Shown here: in pieces, positions 1 through 13,700 of the stretch
How the letters are laid out: every line of letters starts with the position of its first letter
How positions within the stretch are numbered: the first letter of the stretch is position 1
Source: Malacoraja senta
Lineage: Eukaryota
NCBI GenBank assembly: GCA_038087875.1
Contig: CM075991.1
Span: 6,138,001-6,202,000, forward strand
Direction: 5' to 3'
Length of the DNA stretch: 64,000 bases
The notes under the pieces: model-generated
Database searches by the model: none
Seen by the model: only the letters and a program-made list of their open reading frames with translations
What the model was told of the DNA's origin: nothing
Program-made: the position numbers and the translations under genes

Positions 1-73
1 CTTTGGGGCACACATACTAGATGGACGGGAGGAGCCTCTGCAGACACAGCCAACAGTGACGGCGTCCTCAACT

Positions 74-303
74 CTATACCGTTGACTCGGGTATCTCGTC
101 CCGCCTCCGACTGTTCTTCTTCTCCCTGTACTCCTGCCAGTAGTAGCCAGTGAAGGTCGGGCAGATGGGCAGGTAACTGAACAGTTTGTATCGCCTGATA
201 TATTTCATGCCGATGGGCAAGTCATAGGTCACCTTGCTGTCAGAGGTCTTGAATCCAACGATTCCAATCTTAGACTTGCAAATGCCCCTCTCTTCAGTGG
301 TTC
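74..303 (-). CDS. SLC23A2: SLC23A2 last coding exon ([12 protein letters not shown]...[50 protein letters not shown])
   Basis: cag acceptor at 304-306, phase 1, TAG stop at 74-76. Matches SVCT2 C-terminal GTPEERG...YNLPFGM...YLPISPTF. Confidence 0.94.
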
Positions 304-3300
304 CTGCAATGGAGCAAAATGGGGAAAGAGGTCAATTAAAAGAAATGGCATTTCTATAGCGTAGCGGTAGAGTTGCTGCCTTACGGCGCCAGAGACCTAA
401 GTTCGATCCTGTCGTCTGCCTGGGGTTTGTACCTTCACCCCGTGACCGCGTGGGTTTTCTCCGAAATCTTCGGTTTCCTCCCACATTCCAAAGACGTACA
501 GGTTTGTAGTTTAATTGGCTTGGTAAAATTGCAAAAAAATTGTCCCGAATGTGCGTAGGATAGCGTGCGGCGCGGACTCGGTGGACCGAAGGGACAGTTT
601 CCGCGCTGTATCTCTAAACTAAACTATAGCATCTCAAAGTGCTCTGGTGCCAATGAACTGTGTACAGCAGGCTACCTAATAATAACCAGGTAACCTGCTG
701 TTTAATGATACTGAACGATTGCTCCCAAGAACACTGCTCTACTTGAAAGGACACAAGGTGGCGAAGGAACTCCCATGATGAGTGTTAGACTGCACCGCGC
801 CTCTACTCTCTGGAGTTTAGAAGGATCAGGGAGACCTCATTGAAACTTACCCAACAGTGAAAGGCCTGGAGAGAGTGAATGTGGAGAGGATGTTTCCACT
901 AGTGGGGAAATCTAGGACCAGAGGCTATAGCCTCAAAATTAAAGGACTGACCCATAGAAAGTTGATGAGGAATATCTTTAGCCAGAGGGTGGTGAATCTG
1001 TGGTATTCATTGCCACAGACAGCTGTGGAGGCCAAGCCAATCGGTATTTTTATTGCGGATATTGACAGGATTCTTGATTAGTAAGGCTGTCAGAGGTTAT
1101 GGGTAGAAGGCAGGAGAATGGGGCTGAGAGGGAAAGAAAGATCAGCCATGATTGAATGGCAGAGTAGACCTGATGGGCCAAATGCCCTAATTCTGCTCCT
1201 CTAACTTAAGAACTCAGCTGGTCTGTCTGCATCTTTGGAGAGAAATGGACCGACAGTATTTCTTTGGTCAGGGCTGCTCTTCCAACTGACACCTTCTTCA
1301 GTGGGGAGGAATTGTTCACGTTTCAGGTCCTGATGCGGGCGGGGGTCCCTATCCATAAAGTTAACAATTCTTTCCCTCTAANNNNNNNNNNNNNNNNNNN
1401 NNNNNNNNNNNNNNNNNNNNNNNNNNNNNNNNNNNNNNNNNNNNNNNNNNNNNNNNNNNNNNNNNNNNNNNNNNNNNNNNNNNNNNNNNNNNNNNNNNNN
1501 NNNNNNNNNNNNNNNNNNNNNNNNNNNNNNNNNNNNNNNNNNNNNNNNNNNNNNNNNNNNNNNNNNNNNNNNNNNNNNNNNGACTCGGTGTTAACAGAAC
1601 TTCCTGGAGAACACCAGAGGCTTGTGATTCTTAGAACAGGACAGCACAGGATCAGGCCCTTCAGCCCACGACTTCTGTGCTGTATATGATAGAAGCATCG
1701 AACAGTACAGCACAAGAGCAGGCCCTCCGGCCCACAATGTCTGTGCCAAACATGATGTCAAGAACATTACTTATCCACCTGCACATAACTCGTGTACCTC
1801 CATTCCCTAATGGTGGCTGCACATGTAGATAGTGTGGCAAAGAAGGTGTATGGTATGTTTGCCTTCATTGCTGGTGTTATTGAATATAAGACTCAGGATG
1901 TCAGGATGCAGCTCTATAATTAGGCTGCCGTTGGAGTATTGTGTGCAGTTCTGGTCACCCCATTACAGGAACGTTTCAGGATAAGGAGTCACCCCACTAA
2001 GATGAGAAGGAAATATTTCTCTGAGGGACAGGAATCTTTGGAATTGAGGGAGGACCGCATTGAAACATACAGCATAGTGAAAGGCTTGGATAGAGTGGAT
2101 GTGGAGACGATGCTTCCACTAGTGGGAGAGTCTAGGACTCTAGGAAATCATTGCCTCAGAATTATAAGACGTTGCTTTAGGAAGATGAGAAGGAATTTCT
2201 TTAGTCAGAGGGTGGTGAATCTGAGGAATTCTTTGCCGCAGAAGGCTGTGGAGGCTAAGCCAGTGGTCAGAGATAGAGAGATTCTTTTTTTTTAATTTTT
2301 TTTTTTTTAATTTTTTTTATTAGAAGTATTTTACATTACAGTTATCTGCAATAACATAACATAATTTTATACAATTCTTGTACCACTTCTGTTTTTCAAC
2401 TTTAATAGAAATAAGGATAGAAAGAGCTCGCAAAGATAGTCAGTGAGTGAATGAAAAAGTGGTCCAGGAACACTCTTGTGAACCTAAACCACAAGAAGTA
2501 GTTAAAGAAGAAAAGAAAAAAAGAGAAAAAAGAAAATAAGATAGGACAATATGAGAGGGATGTGTCTACTTATCTTTACTCACCCCTCGCCAGGTCCTAA
2601 AACCATTTACTATCAACATTTTGTTGCACCCTATGTTTGTAATAAGTCGATATATGGAGACCAAATCTTTTGGAATTGGTCTTGTTTACCTGCTAGGAGG
2701 AATCTCATATCTTCTAAATGTAACAATTCCGACATATTAGAAGTCCACATTTTTATTGTTGGCGTAGGGGCATTTTTCCAAAATTTCAATATCAGTTGTT
2801 TTGCTGTTATTAAGCCATAACTAAGAAAACTCCTTTGAAATAGATAGATTCTTGATTAGTACAGGTGTCAGAGGTTATGGAGAGAAGGCAGGGGAATGGG
2901 GTTCGGAGGGAGAGATAGATCAGCCATGATTGAATGGTGAAGTGGACTTGATGGCACGAATGGCCTAATTCCACACCTATTACATGACACAAATTCTCTA
3001 CCCTGGGAGTTGAGTATGTTCAGTTATTGAATGTATTCAAGAACAAATTAGATAGGGACTAACTGGGGGTTATCGGGAATAGTCAGGAAAATGGCATCGA
3101 ACCCAAGAATTTCCCAGGTATAAGGGTTCTACAGTTGATCCTTTCTTCTTAGTATTACAAAGAGGGCCCAGCCACTGCAAATCCCCAGTCGTAGTCTTAC
3201 CTTTGTGATTCCCAGTACTCCGATGTTGGGGCTGGAGGATGTGGACCCATTTCCGGTGCCAAACAGCCCGTCCAGTATACAGGAAAAACCTTCAACCATG

Positions 3301-4650
3301 ATGCCCCTGAAAACAAAGAAACGCCAAGGTGTAGGAACAATCACCTGGGTACCGCTGGTCAAATACAAAACAAACAGGCATCTGCCACCTTAGTTACCCG
3401 GGCAATTCAACAGTGGCGCAGCGGCAGAATTGATGGCTTAAAGCCCTGTCCCACGGTACGAGTTCATTCCAAGAGTTCTCCCGAGTTTGCCCTGATTCGA
3501 ACTCGGAGATTTACTATAATGGCCACTCGTCAGTACTCAGGGCTCTCGTGGACATTTTTCATCATGTTGAAAAATCTTCACGAGTCTTCCCGTGCTTACC
3601 TGCCGTTAGCGAGTCTTCCCGAGTACCTGCCGTTAGCGCTAAGAGGCGTCCCCGAGCTCCAACGCTACGTTCATTCTCCGTGCTTACCACGAGTTTGATT
3701 TTTGTTTAAACTCGGGAGAGCGTTTGGAATGAAATCGTACCGTGGGACAGGACCATAACAGCGTCAGAGACCTGGGTTCAATCCTGACTAAGGGGGCTAT
3801 CTGTACGAGGTTTGTACATTCTCCCTTTGACCCACCGAGTCCGCTTCTAAGGGCACACCGCACACTAATGCTATCCTTCACACTAGGGACAATTTACAAT
3901 TATACCAAGCCAATTAACCTACAAACCTGTACATCTTTGGAGTGTGGGAGTAAACTGGAGTGCCCAAAAAAATCTCACATGGTCACAAGCAGAACGTACA
4001 AACTCCGTACAGACAGCACCGGTTGTCAGGATCGTACCCACGTCTCTGGCGCTGAGGCAGCAACTCTACCGCTGTGCCACCCTAGTCGAATAGCTGTGGT
4101 CATTTTAGTGCCTCTGTCATTGATGCCCCGGTTTTACTGATGAATATCTTTTTAGTTGCACAACTCCTATGGCTGGTTTTGAACCTTGTCTTACTGTCCA
4201 CTGCACTGTTAGTGACTCGCACACCATGTTGCCACCTCTACACACAAAGGCGCGCACCCACACACAAAGACAGAAAGGCGCGCTTGCGTGCACACACACA
4301 CACAAAGAAACACCCACACACAAAGATGCGCACACACACAAAGACACACCCACACACACACAAAGATGCGCACACACACACAAAGTCACGCACACACACA
4401 CACACAAAGTCACGCACACACACATACAAAGACGCACACACACACACACAAAGTCACGCACACACACATACAAAGACGCACACACACACACACAAAGTCA
4501 CGCACACACACATACAAAGACGCACACACACACACACACAAAGACCAAGGCACGGTCGCGCACACACAAAGACACAAAAGCAGACACACACACACACACA
4601 AAGACTCAAAGGCATAAAAGCACATAATGGCGCACGCACACACACAAAGG

Positions 4651-4684
<34 letters not shown>

Positions 4685-4707
4685 GTCACGCACACACACA
4701 CACAAAG

Positions 4708-4750
<43 letters not shown>

Positions 4751-7700
4751 CACATACACACACAAGGACGCGCACACGCTTCAGACAGTGTTTGATTACC
4801 TGTTGATTGCGTGTACCGGCGGGGTTGGGGCACCGGACAGCCGGGCGCAGGCATAGTAATCGCCGATGGACTCGATAATACTGGCAATGACCGCACTCAT
4901 CATCCCGATCACTCCCGCTAGGGACACAGTGGGGAGCCCCCACTGTACTGTGAAGGGCGAGAACAAAATGATCAGTTCTGCTCGGGAAATAAGCTCTTCA
5001 ATATCACAACTGCCAAAAGACAAATCAATAAGGCTCAACTAAATAGCAAAGGATCAACTTCAAAAGAGTGCGGCCAAGTTGCAGACACGATAGGAAAAAA
5101 AAAGTGTGCTTTTAAAAATTAGAATAGTTTGCAAGAATCATTTGGACCCCCATTTCTGAGTTGGGAAAATAGCTTAAACATCATGGGAAGACACAAAGTG
5201 CTGGAGTAACTCAGCAGGTCAGGCAGCATCTCTGGAGAAAATGAATAGGTAACGTTTTGGGTCGAGACCTTGAAACATGCCGCCTGTTACTCCAGCATTT
5301 TGTGTCTATTGTCGGTGTGAATCTGCATCTCCAGTTCCTTCCCACACATATTGAATGATACTTTTGGTGGGAGCTTGCTCAGCACACCAACATAAAAATG
5401 ACACATCGAGAAGCCGAATACAAATTCAAGTTCTCCGCGTGATCCATCAGTAAAGTCTCAAAGAGCAGTGTATGGAAAGCTAATGGCTCCAATCAGCAAA
5501 GGGCCATCAGGAACTCACTGATGGAAACCATTCTTGCTATTGAGGGAGTGCAGCGTAGGTTTACAAGGTTAATTCCCGGGATGGCGGGGCTGTCGTATGC
5601 TGAGAGAATGGAGCAGCTGGTCTTGTGCACTCTGGAGTTTAGAAGGATGAGAGGATATCTCATTGAAACATATAAGATTGTTAAGGGCTTGGACACGTTA
5701 GAGGCAGGAAACATGTTCCCGATGTTGGGGGAGTCCAGATCCAGGGGCCACAATTTTAAGAATAAGGAGTAGGCCATTTAGAACAGAGACGAGGAAACAC
5801 TTTTTCTCACAGAGAGTGGCGAGTCTGTGGAATTCTCTGCCTCAGAGGGAGGTGGAGGCAGGTTCTCTGGATGCTTTCAAGAGAGAGCTAGATAGGGCTC
5901 TTAAAAATAGCAGAGTCAGGCGATATGGGGAGAAGGCAGGAACGGGGTACTGATTGGGGATGATCAGCCATGATCACATAGAATGGCGGTGCTGGCTCGA
6001 AGGGCCGAATGGCCTACTCCTGCACCTATTGTCTATTGTCACTTCAGAGAAAGTGGGCATGATAATAAGGAGTGCGTACTTACAGGGGTAAGGGACTTTG
6101 AACCACGGTGCCACATCGAGGACCCCTTTCTTTGCGTCGGTGCGGGCATAGTAACCGTACTGACTACTGTCTGGTGGGAAGACATCAGTCACCGTGAAAA
6201 TGAAGCACAGAAACCACGACACCAGGATGGCCAAAATAATCTACAGGAGCCAAACCAAGAGCAAAATTAGATATCACAGGAAGGAATGCAATTAGCTACA
6301 CTTGCAATTTCTTATCTCCGTGAAGGAACCAGAAGACTGATCTTCTGCAACTCAGAAAGGTGGCCAGCATCAAAGACTCACACCACCCTGGTCACGCTCT
6401 TGTTTCACTCTTACAACCAGGAGGTATACAAATCTGTAAACCGTGACCACGAGGTTCAAGAATAACTTCTTCCCAACAACCATTAGCCTCCACAACACTG
6501 CACATTATCTACATACTCTTCATTATCTCTCTACATCATCGTCTGTATCTCTTATTTCCCTTTCCCGTGGCATTCAGACTGAAGAAGGGTCTCGACCCGA
6601 TACATTACCCATTACTTTTCTCCACAGCTGCTGCCTGTCCCACTGAGTTACTTCAGCTTTTTGTGTCTCTCTTCAGTTGAAACCAGCATCTGCAGTTCCT
6701 TGGTAGACAAAAGTGCTGGAGAAACTCAGCGGGTGCGGCAGCATCTATGGACGAAGGAAATAGGCAACGTTTCGGGACGAAACCCTTCTTCAGACTGATG
6801 CAGGGTTGGGGGGGGGGGGCGGGAAGAAGAAAGGAAGAGGAGGAGCCAGAGGGCTGAGGGAGAGCTGGGAAGGGGAGGAGACAGCAAGGGCTTCTGTCCT
6901 GGGCCTCCTCCACGGCCAGAGTGAGCACCACCGGAAATTGGACGAGCAGCACCTCATATTCCGCTTGGGCAGTTTATACCCCAGCAGCTTGAACATTGAC
7001 TTCTCCAATTTCCGGTAGCCCTTGCTGTCTCCTCCCCTTCTCAGCTCTCCCTCAGCCCTCTGGCTCCTCCTCCTCCTTTCTTCTTCCCGCCCCCCCCCCC
7101 CCCCCCCCCCCACCCTGCATCCGTCTGAAGAAGGGTTTCGGCCCGAAACGTTGCCTATTTCCTTCACTCCATAGATGCTGCCGCACCCGCTGAGTTTCTC
7201 CAGTACTTTTGTCTACCTTCGATTTTCCAGCATCGGCAGTTCCTTCTTGAACATCTGCAGTTCCTTCCTACACTATACAACATTAACATATGACCTATGA
7301 ACTTCTTTGGTTGCAGTATGGACTTCAATCTTTTTTATGCACTGTCATTGGGGTTATTAATTTATTGATTTTTCGCTTATTATATATTATTATCTATGTC
7401 TATTGTGTTACAGGCCAGTTGTGCAGCTGCAATTAAGAACTTCATTACTTTGTTGTCGGTTAAATTAAAAACTTGATAATTTTACACACCTGGAATTTGC
7501 CTGGTTGGGCAGTTAGGTTTTACAGTGGGAAATTAAAGATTTAAAAAAAAATGCAATTCCAATCTGAAACAGAGGCAGAAAATACTGAAAGCTAACGTCA
7601 GATTAGGCAGTATTTGTGGAGTGCGATATCCGGCATTCCCTCTCACTTCATCCCTCCCCTACCCAAGTCGCACCAGCTTCTCGAATTCACCCAACTAACA

Positions 7701-10700
7701 GCTAACAATGGCCTGTTTCCTTTATCATCGTTACTTTCTTGCATATCTTTCATTCATTGTTCTTTATCTCTCTACATCATCGTCTATATCTCTTGTTCCC
7801 CTCTCCCCTGACTAGTCTGAAGAAGGGTCTCGACCTGAAATGTCACCCATTCCTTTTCCCCAGAGATGCTGCCTGTCCCGCCGAGTTACTGCAGCTTTTT
7901 GTGTCTATCACAGATTTGATCTTCCAGGACTAAAACCTGTGGTCAGAACCGATCTGAAACATTAACTGGTCCCCTATGTATAGATGCTGCTTGACCTAAT
8001 GAGTGTTTCCAGAATTTTTTGTTTTTGTTTTACAGTTGGACACAGCCCAGCGTTATCCAAGTTACTCTGATTGGTAGTGAGAACGGGGGGAGATGGGCAG
8101 CCATCTCTTTGGGCCAAGACACAAGGGTCAACCTGTTGGATCAAGGATCAAGCGCAAAACTTTAGCATCTGGACTCTGGCTCCAGGGTGGGGGGTACCAT
8201 ATTGTAGACAGGACGATCAACAAAAGCTTATCTTACTTGAGATGTCCTGCTGAGATACTCCCAAGAGGAGCAGGGGTGTTCCACCTTGTAATTGGGACCC
8301 AAGTCCCTCTGTGGTTTCCACCCTCCGAGTCCTCTGTGCTCCACTAATTACAAACTTTTGCCCTTCTTTAAATCGCTCTATCAATGGCGGACATGTCTTC
8401 AAGCTGGCATCAAACTCCTGAATTTTCTCCCCAAATCTCTCCGCTCCACTCCCTTCCGCCCCCCCCCCCAAGACGTTTCTCAAAACCAATTTCTTCAACC
8501 AACCCAATACTCACTGTCCGAATGTGTCTCAACAATCTCCTTTAGACTTTGCTTTAGCGATACTTACAAAGCCATTCTTCAATGTTCCCCTGTTAGCATG
8601 AGCCAACTAAAGCCTAGGATTTGCCAATTAGTGGCCACATTAGCCCATTATCACAGGTCAACAGTTACATCTCAACCATACATTCCACAGTAGGTGAACT
8701 TCCTAGCCCATTTTGCATTAAAAAAAGACCAACATGATAAGCTATCGTTGGCTGGCTGGCCAGGACAGTGTATTAAAGAGCTGGTAACCTTTGAGAAAGA
8801 ACGTTCAGGTCCCAACCATCCTAACAATAGATACAAACATTCGAAAGCCTCAATTCAAAGATGAATAGGGGAGTTATCTCAGACATCCCACGGAACACTT
8901 ATACTCAAAATATTGCCAAAGTTTAGAGGAGCATTTTTAAAAATAAGAAATATTGCGCGGAAACAGGCCCTTCCGCGATCCCCGCACACTGACCAACACA
9001 CACACACACACACATTTCTTACAATTGTACCAAGCCAATTCGCCTACAAACCTGTACATCTTTGGAGTGTGGGAGGTAACTAGGGCACCGAGTGAACCCA
9101 CACAGGTCACGGGGAGAATGTGCAAACTCCAAACAGACAGCGCCCGTAATCAGGATCGAACCGGGTCTCTGGCGCTGTAAGGCAGGAATTCTACCGCTGC
9201 GCCACCGTGCCACCCAAAATTTGTTTGCCCCCTTTCCTTTGTTACAAAACGGATCTCTCTGGCTGTGGAGATCTTAGGGGCACTCGGAGCTAATGCAAAT
9301 TGTAATGGACACTCAAGCCTCCCTTTTTATGACAAGCCTTCTAGCTTTCCTACTACTGAGGCAGGAGATGATGAGAAAGTGGCGGAAGTGTGGACATCCC
9401 ACGCTCTCATTATGCACCAGCCCATTGTTATCACGTTATTACCCCTAGGAGAGCAGCAACTTACCGGGAACATTTTGAATAGCTGCAACTTGTAGGCAGT
9501 CCACCCCTTTTTGTATTTGTAAATCGGAAGAGGCAGTTTGATGTTCCGAGCGTATTGAGAGAATATCAGCACCAATAATATTGTCCTGGAAGAGAAATCA
9601 GCAGTTTAAAAGTTCAGTTTAGTTCTGTTTATTATCACGTCTGCCAATATGCAATATATATTTCCATTTGCAAAGTGTAAAAGAATGTACCTACAGCATC
9701 GCGATGCCCCAGTGTTTGCCAGCTCGCTCCCCTGCTGCCTGGTAACCGGACAGGCCGATCAGTGTCACAGTTGGGGTGATGGTGAGGGGTCCAATGTAGT
9801 CGAGGAGCACTCCCGGTAGCCCCATGAAACCGATCACCACCTCCACGAGGGAAGATACCAGGACGGCTCCCTGGATCTGCAGAGAAGAGATTTGAATCAT
9901 TCGAATGTGCCATGACAAAATCACCACCAAACAGACGGCTCTTCTGCAGTCAAAGAAACACTCCTGAAGCAACAAGGGGGACCAATACGGAGAATTGCAG
10001 GCGAGTACAAAACAGAACAAACATCGAACAGTAAGGGTCAAGGAAAGAGCGTTCACGTCGCGGCCCTGTTTCCACCAATCTTTCCACCACCACGCACAAG
10101 AAGCGACAAGACAGACATCATTGTATGCAGATGCCGAGAAGTGTGTTCATCTCTGGCTGAACAACTTCTAATCTTGTGTGTGGACTCGATAAGAAGAAGA
10201 TCAAACAGTACAGCACAAGGACCCACAATGTCTGTGCAGAACACGATGCCAAGACCATCACTAAAGTGCTAGAGTAACTCAGCGGGTCAGACCGCAGAGG
10301 ATGGGTGAGGCTTCGGGTCGGAACCCTTCTTCAGACCTATGTCCATCTACCTGTACATAATCCAGATCCCTCCATATTCATTTGTACAAAAGTACAAGAG
10401 AAATTACAAAAAACGTCCTGTTCCCATCTCAGATGAGGATCCGGACTTACCGGAAAAATTGAACACTTTTTATGCACGCTTTGATAATGTCACCCCGCCA
10501 TCCATGCCTCCCCCCCCCCACCTAACTCAGCACCATTCACCATCTCTGAGGAGGTGGTGAGGGCGGCCTTCAAAAATCTTAATAAAAGAAAAGCGGCAGG
10601 GCCAGACGACCTCAGCCCCGCTGCCCTTAACCACTGTGCAGCTCAGCTGGCTCCTGTGTTCACCTCCATCTTTAACACTTCCCTCAGCCAATGTAGAGTC

Positions 10701-13700
10701 CCGCAGTGTTTTAAAGCATCCATTATCATCCCTGTGCCCAAGTCCTCCAAGGTGAGCTGTCTGAACGATTTTAGACCTGTTGCACTAACATCAGTTGCCA
10801 TGAAGGCCTTTGAGCACATAGTCCTCACCCATCTGAAAAACATACACTGTCCCCATCATGGACCCTTTTCAATTTGCATACAGCGCCAACCGGTCTGTGG
10901 AGGATGCTATCAACCTAGCTCTTCACTACTCCCTACATCATTTGGAATCACCGAACACTTATGCACGCATCATGTTTATAGATTTTAGCTCGGCCTTTAA
11001 TACTATACACCCAATTAAACTCTACAATAAACTGTTGGACATGGGCATTCACCTAGCCATGTGCCATTGGATTTTACATTTTCTGACAAACAGACAACAA
11101 AGAGTCAAGGTGGGTGAAAAACTCTCCAGCCCTCTGACTCTCAATACAGGAGCCCCTCAAGGGTGCGTTCTGTCACCTCAGCTCTTCTCACTTTACACCA
11201 ACAACCTCACATCCCAATGCAGCTCAGTTAAAATTTTCAAATATGCAGACGACACGACAATAATTGGCCTCATCTCAGACAACAATGAATCACAATACCA
11301 TCAAACAGTGGACAGCGCAGTCAAATGGTGCGCAGAAAACAACCTCCAGCTTAACACCTCAAAAACCTTAGAAACCATCATAGATTTCAGACGCAAACAA
11401 AACCTCAAACCCCCGGTCCATGTCAACTCCCATCCCATAACCTCCACAAACTTATTTAAGTTTCTGGGCACCTATATCTGCAATAATCTAAAATGGCACA
11501 TCAATGCTGACCACATCATTAAGAAAGGACAACAACGCCTATACTTCCTCAGACAGCTCAAGAAGTTCAGAGTCCACAAACACCTCCTGGTACGCTTCTA
11601 TCAATCCATCATTGAAAGCATCATCACTTCCTCAATCACAGTCTAGTACGGAAACACTGACAGTCACTCACTACACAGAATACAGCGCATTGTCTCCAAG
11701 GCCTCTGGGATCATCAACTCTCCCCTCCCCTCAATCCATTCCATTTACCTCCAACGTACCTCAAAACGGGCAACTAAGATCATCTCGGACCCCTCCCATC
11801 CAGCAAACCACCTTTTCCAGTCTCTCCCTTCAGGGAGGCGCCTTAGGTCACTTGCTACAAAATCCACCCGTTTTAAAAACAGTTTCTTCCCCTCAGCAAT
11901 AAGAACACTTAATTCCCTCCAATAACTTTTTGACTTTGATGTATACAGTGTCTTGTCTATGGTTTTTGTCTGTGATTTGTGATGTGCTTTATTATTATGA
12001 TCTGTGTTGTTATTAGTGTTAATGTGCTAAAGCAGTGTACCATCATGTACCGAACCCAATTACCACCAACCCTGGTCGTGTGGCAAATAAAGTTTCTATC
12101 TATCTATCTATCTTATGGGCCTGTCCCACGGGCATGCGACTCCATGCGGCAAGCGCGACCTAACCGGAAGCGGGAGCCGTGCGGGGGCCGCGCGGAGGTC
12201 GCGGGGCCGGTCCAACTTCGATCGCCGGAGCCGTATGGAGTTGTGCGGAGCTGGTCCCGACATCGCGCGGGGCTCCGAAAAACTGACACTGTTCAAAAAT
12301 TCCGCGCGGCACCGGCCTGCCGCCCCGCAGCCGCATCGAGGCCGTGCGCACCGCCTCAACGCCGTACGCACAGTCTTGACATCACTCGACCTCCGCGCGG
12401 CCCCCGCTTCCGGTTTGGTAGCGCTTGCCGCATGCAGCCGCATGCTGGTGGGACCGGCCCTGTACGGGGATCACTCGACCTCCGCGCGGCCCCCGCTTCC
12501 GGTTAGGTCGCGCTTGCCTCATGGAGTCGCATGCCCGTGGGACAGGCCCTTAATGGTCCCACCTCCTTTCTGCCGCTTAGCCTGACACTTGCAACTCAAA
12601 TTTGAAACCCTCAACAAGCTGCCACAGGCATGATGGGCCAAATTGCCTCTGTAATGCAGCAGGTAGTGGCACAGTGGTACAACGGTAGATCTGCTGCCTC
12701 AACTCCAGTGACCTGGGTTCAAGCCTGAACTCTGGTTTGTCTGTGTGGAGTTGGCACATTCATAAGTCATAGGAGCAGCATTAGGCCATTCAGCCCATTT
12801 AATCTATTCCGCCATTCAATCATGGCTGGTCATGGTTCATAACGTCATCAGTGAGAGTAGAATTCGACCATTCGGCCCATCAAGTCTATTCTGCCATTCA
12901 ATAATGGCTGATCTATCTCTCCCTCCTAACCCCATTTTTCTGCCTTCCCCCCATAACCTCTGACACCCATACAAATCAAAAATCTATCTTGGCCTCCACA
13001 GCCTTCTGTAGCAAAGAATTTCACAGATTCACCACCCTCAGAGTAAAGAAATGTCTCCTCCACTCCTTCCTAAAAGAATGTCCTTTCATTCTGAGGCTAT
13101 GACCTATAGTCCTAGACTCTCCCACTAGTGGAAACATCCTCTCCACATCCACTCTATCCAATCCTTTCACTATTCTGTATGTTTTAATGAGGTCCCTCTT
13201 CTAAACTCCAGCGAGTATAGGCGCAGTGCCAACAAACGCTCATCATAGATTAACCTACACATTCCTGGGATTATTCTTGTAAACCTCCTCTGGACCCTCT
13301 CTAGAGCCTGCACATCCTTCTTCAGATATGGTGCCCAAAATTGCTCGCAATATTCCAAATGCAGCCTTACCAGTGTCTTATAGAGCCTCAACATTACATC
13401 CCTGTTTCTGCATACAAGCCCTATTGAAATAAATGCGAGCATTGAGTTTGATTCTATAACTACGTGGGTTGCTCTAGGTGCTGGGATTCTGTGTACGAGA
13501 ATGTAGATCTCAAGTTGATAAAAACATAACGAGGAAAGGTCACTTACAAATTAGTGGAAGGACAGGATAAACTTGTGGGCCGAGTGGCCTCCTAGTATAT
13601 GATAAGGAAATATGAAATAAGTAATCCATGGCGATTGTTACCTCTCGTATCCTTGGGTGCCAAATATGTGACGTGTCCACATTTTCAGAGCTATTTGGAA

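Noticed and set aside
358..420. tRNA gene-like A/B boxes (also in many other copies)
   Set aside because: Heads of V-SINEs; no complete cloverleaf.
4117..4943. Several long His/Thr- or Cys/Val-rich ORFs
   Set aside because: Translations of a (CA)n satellite. Only 4800-4947 is a real exon.
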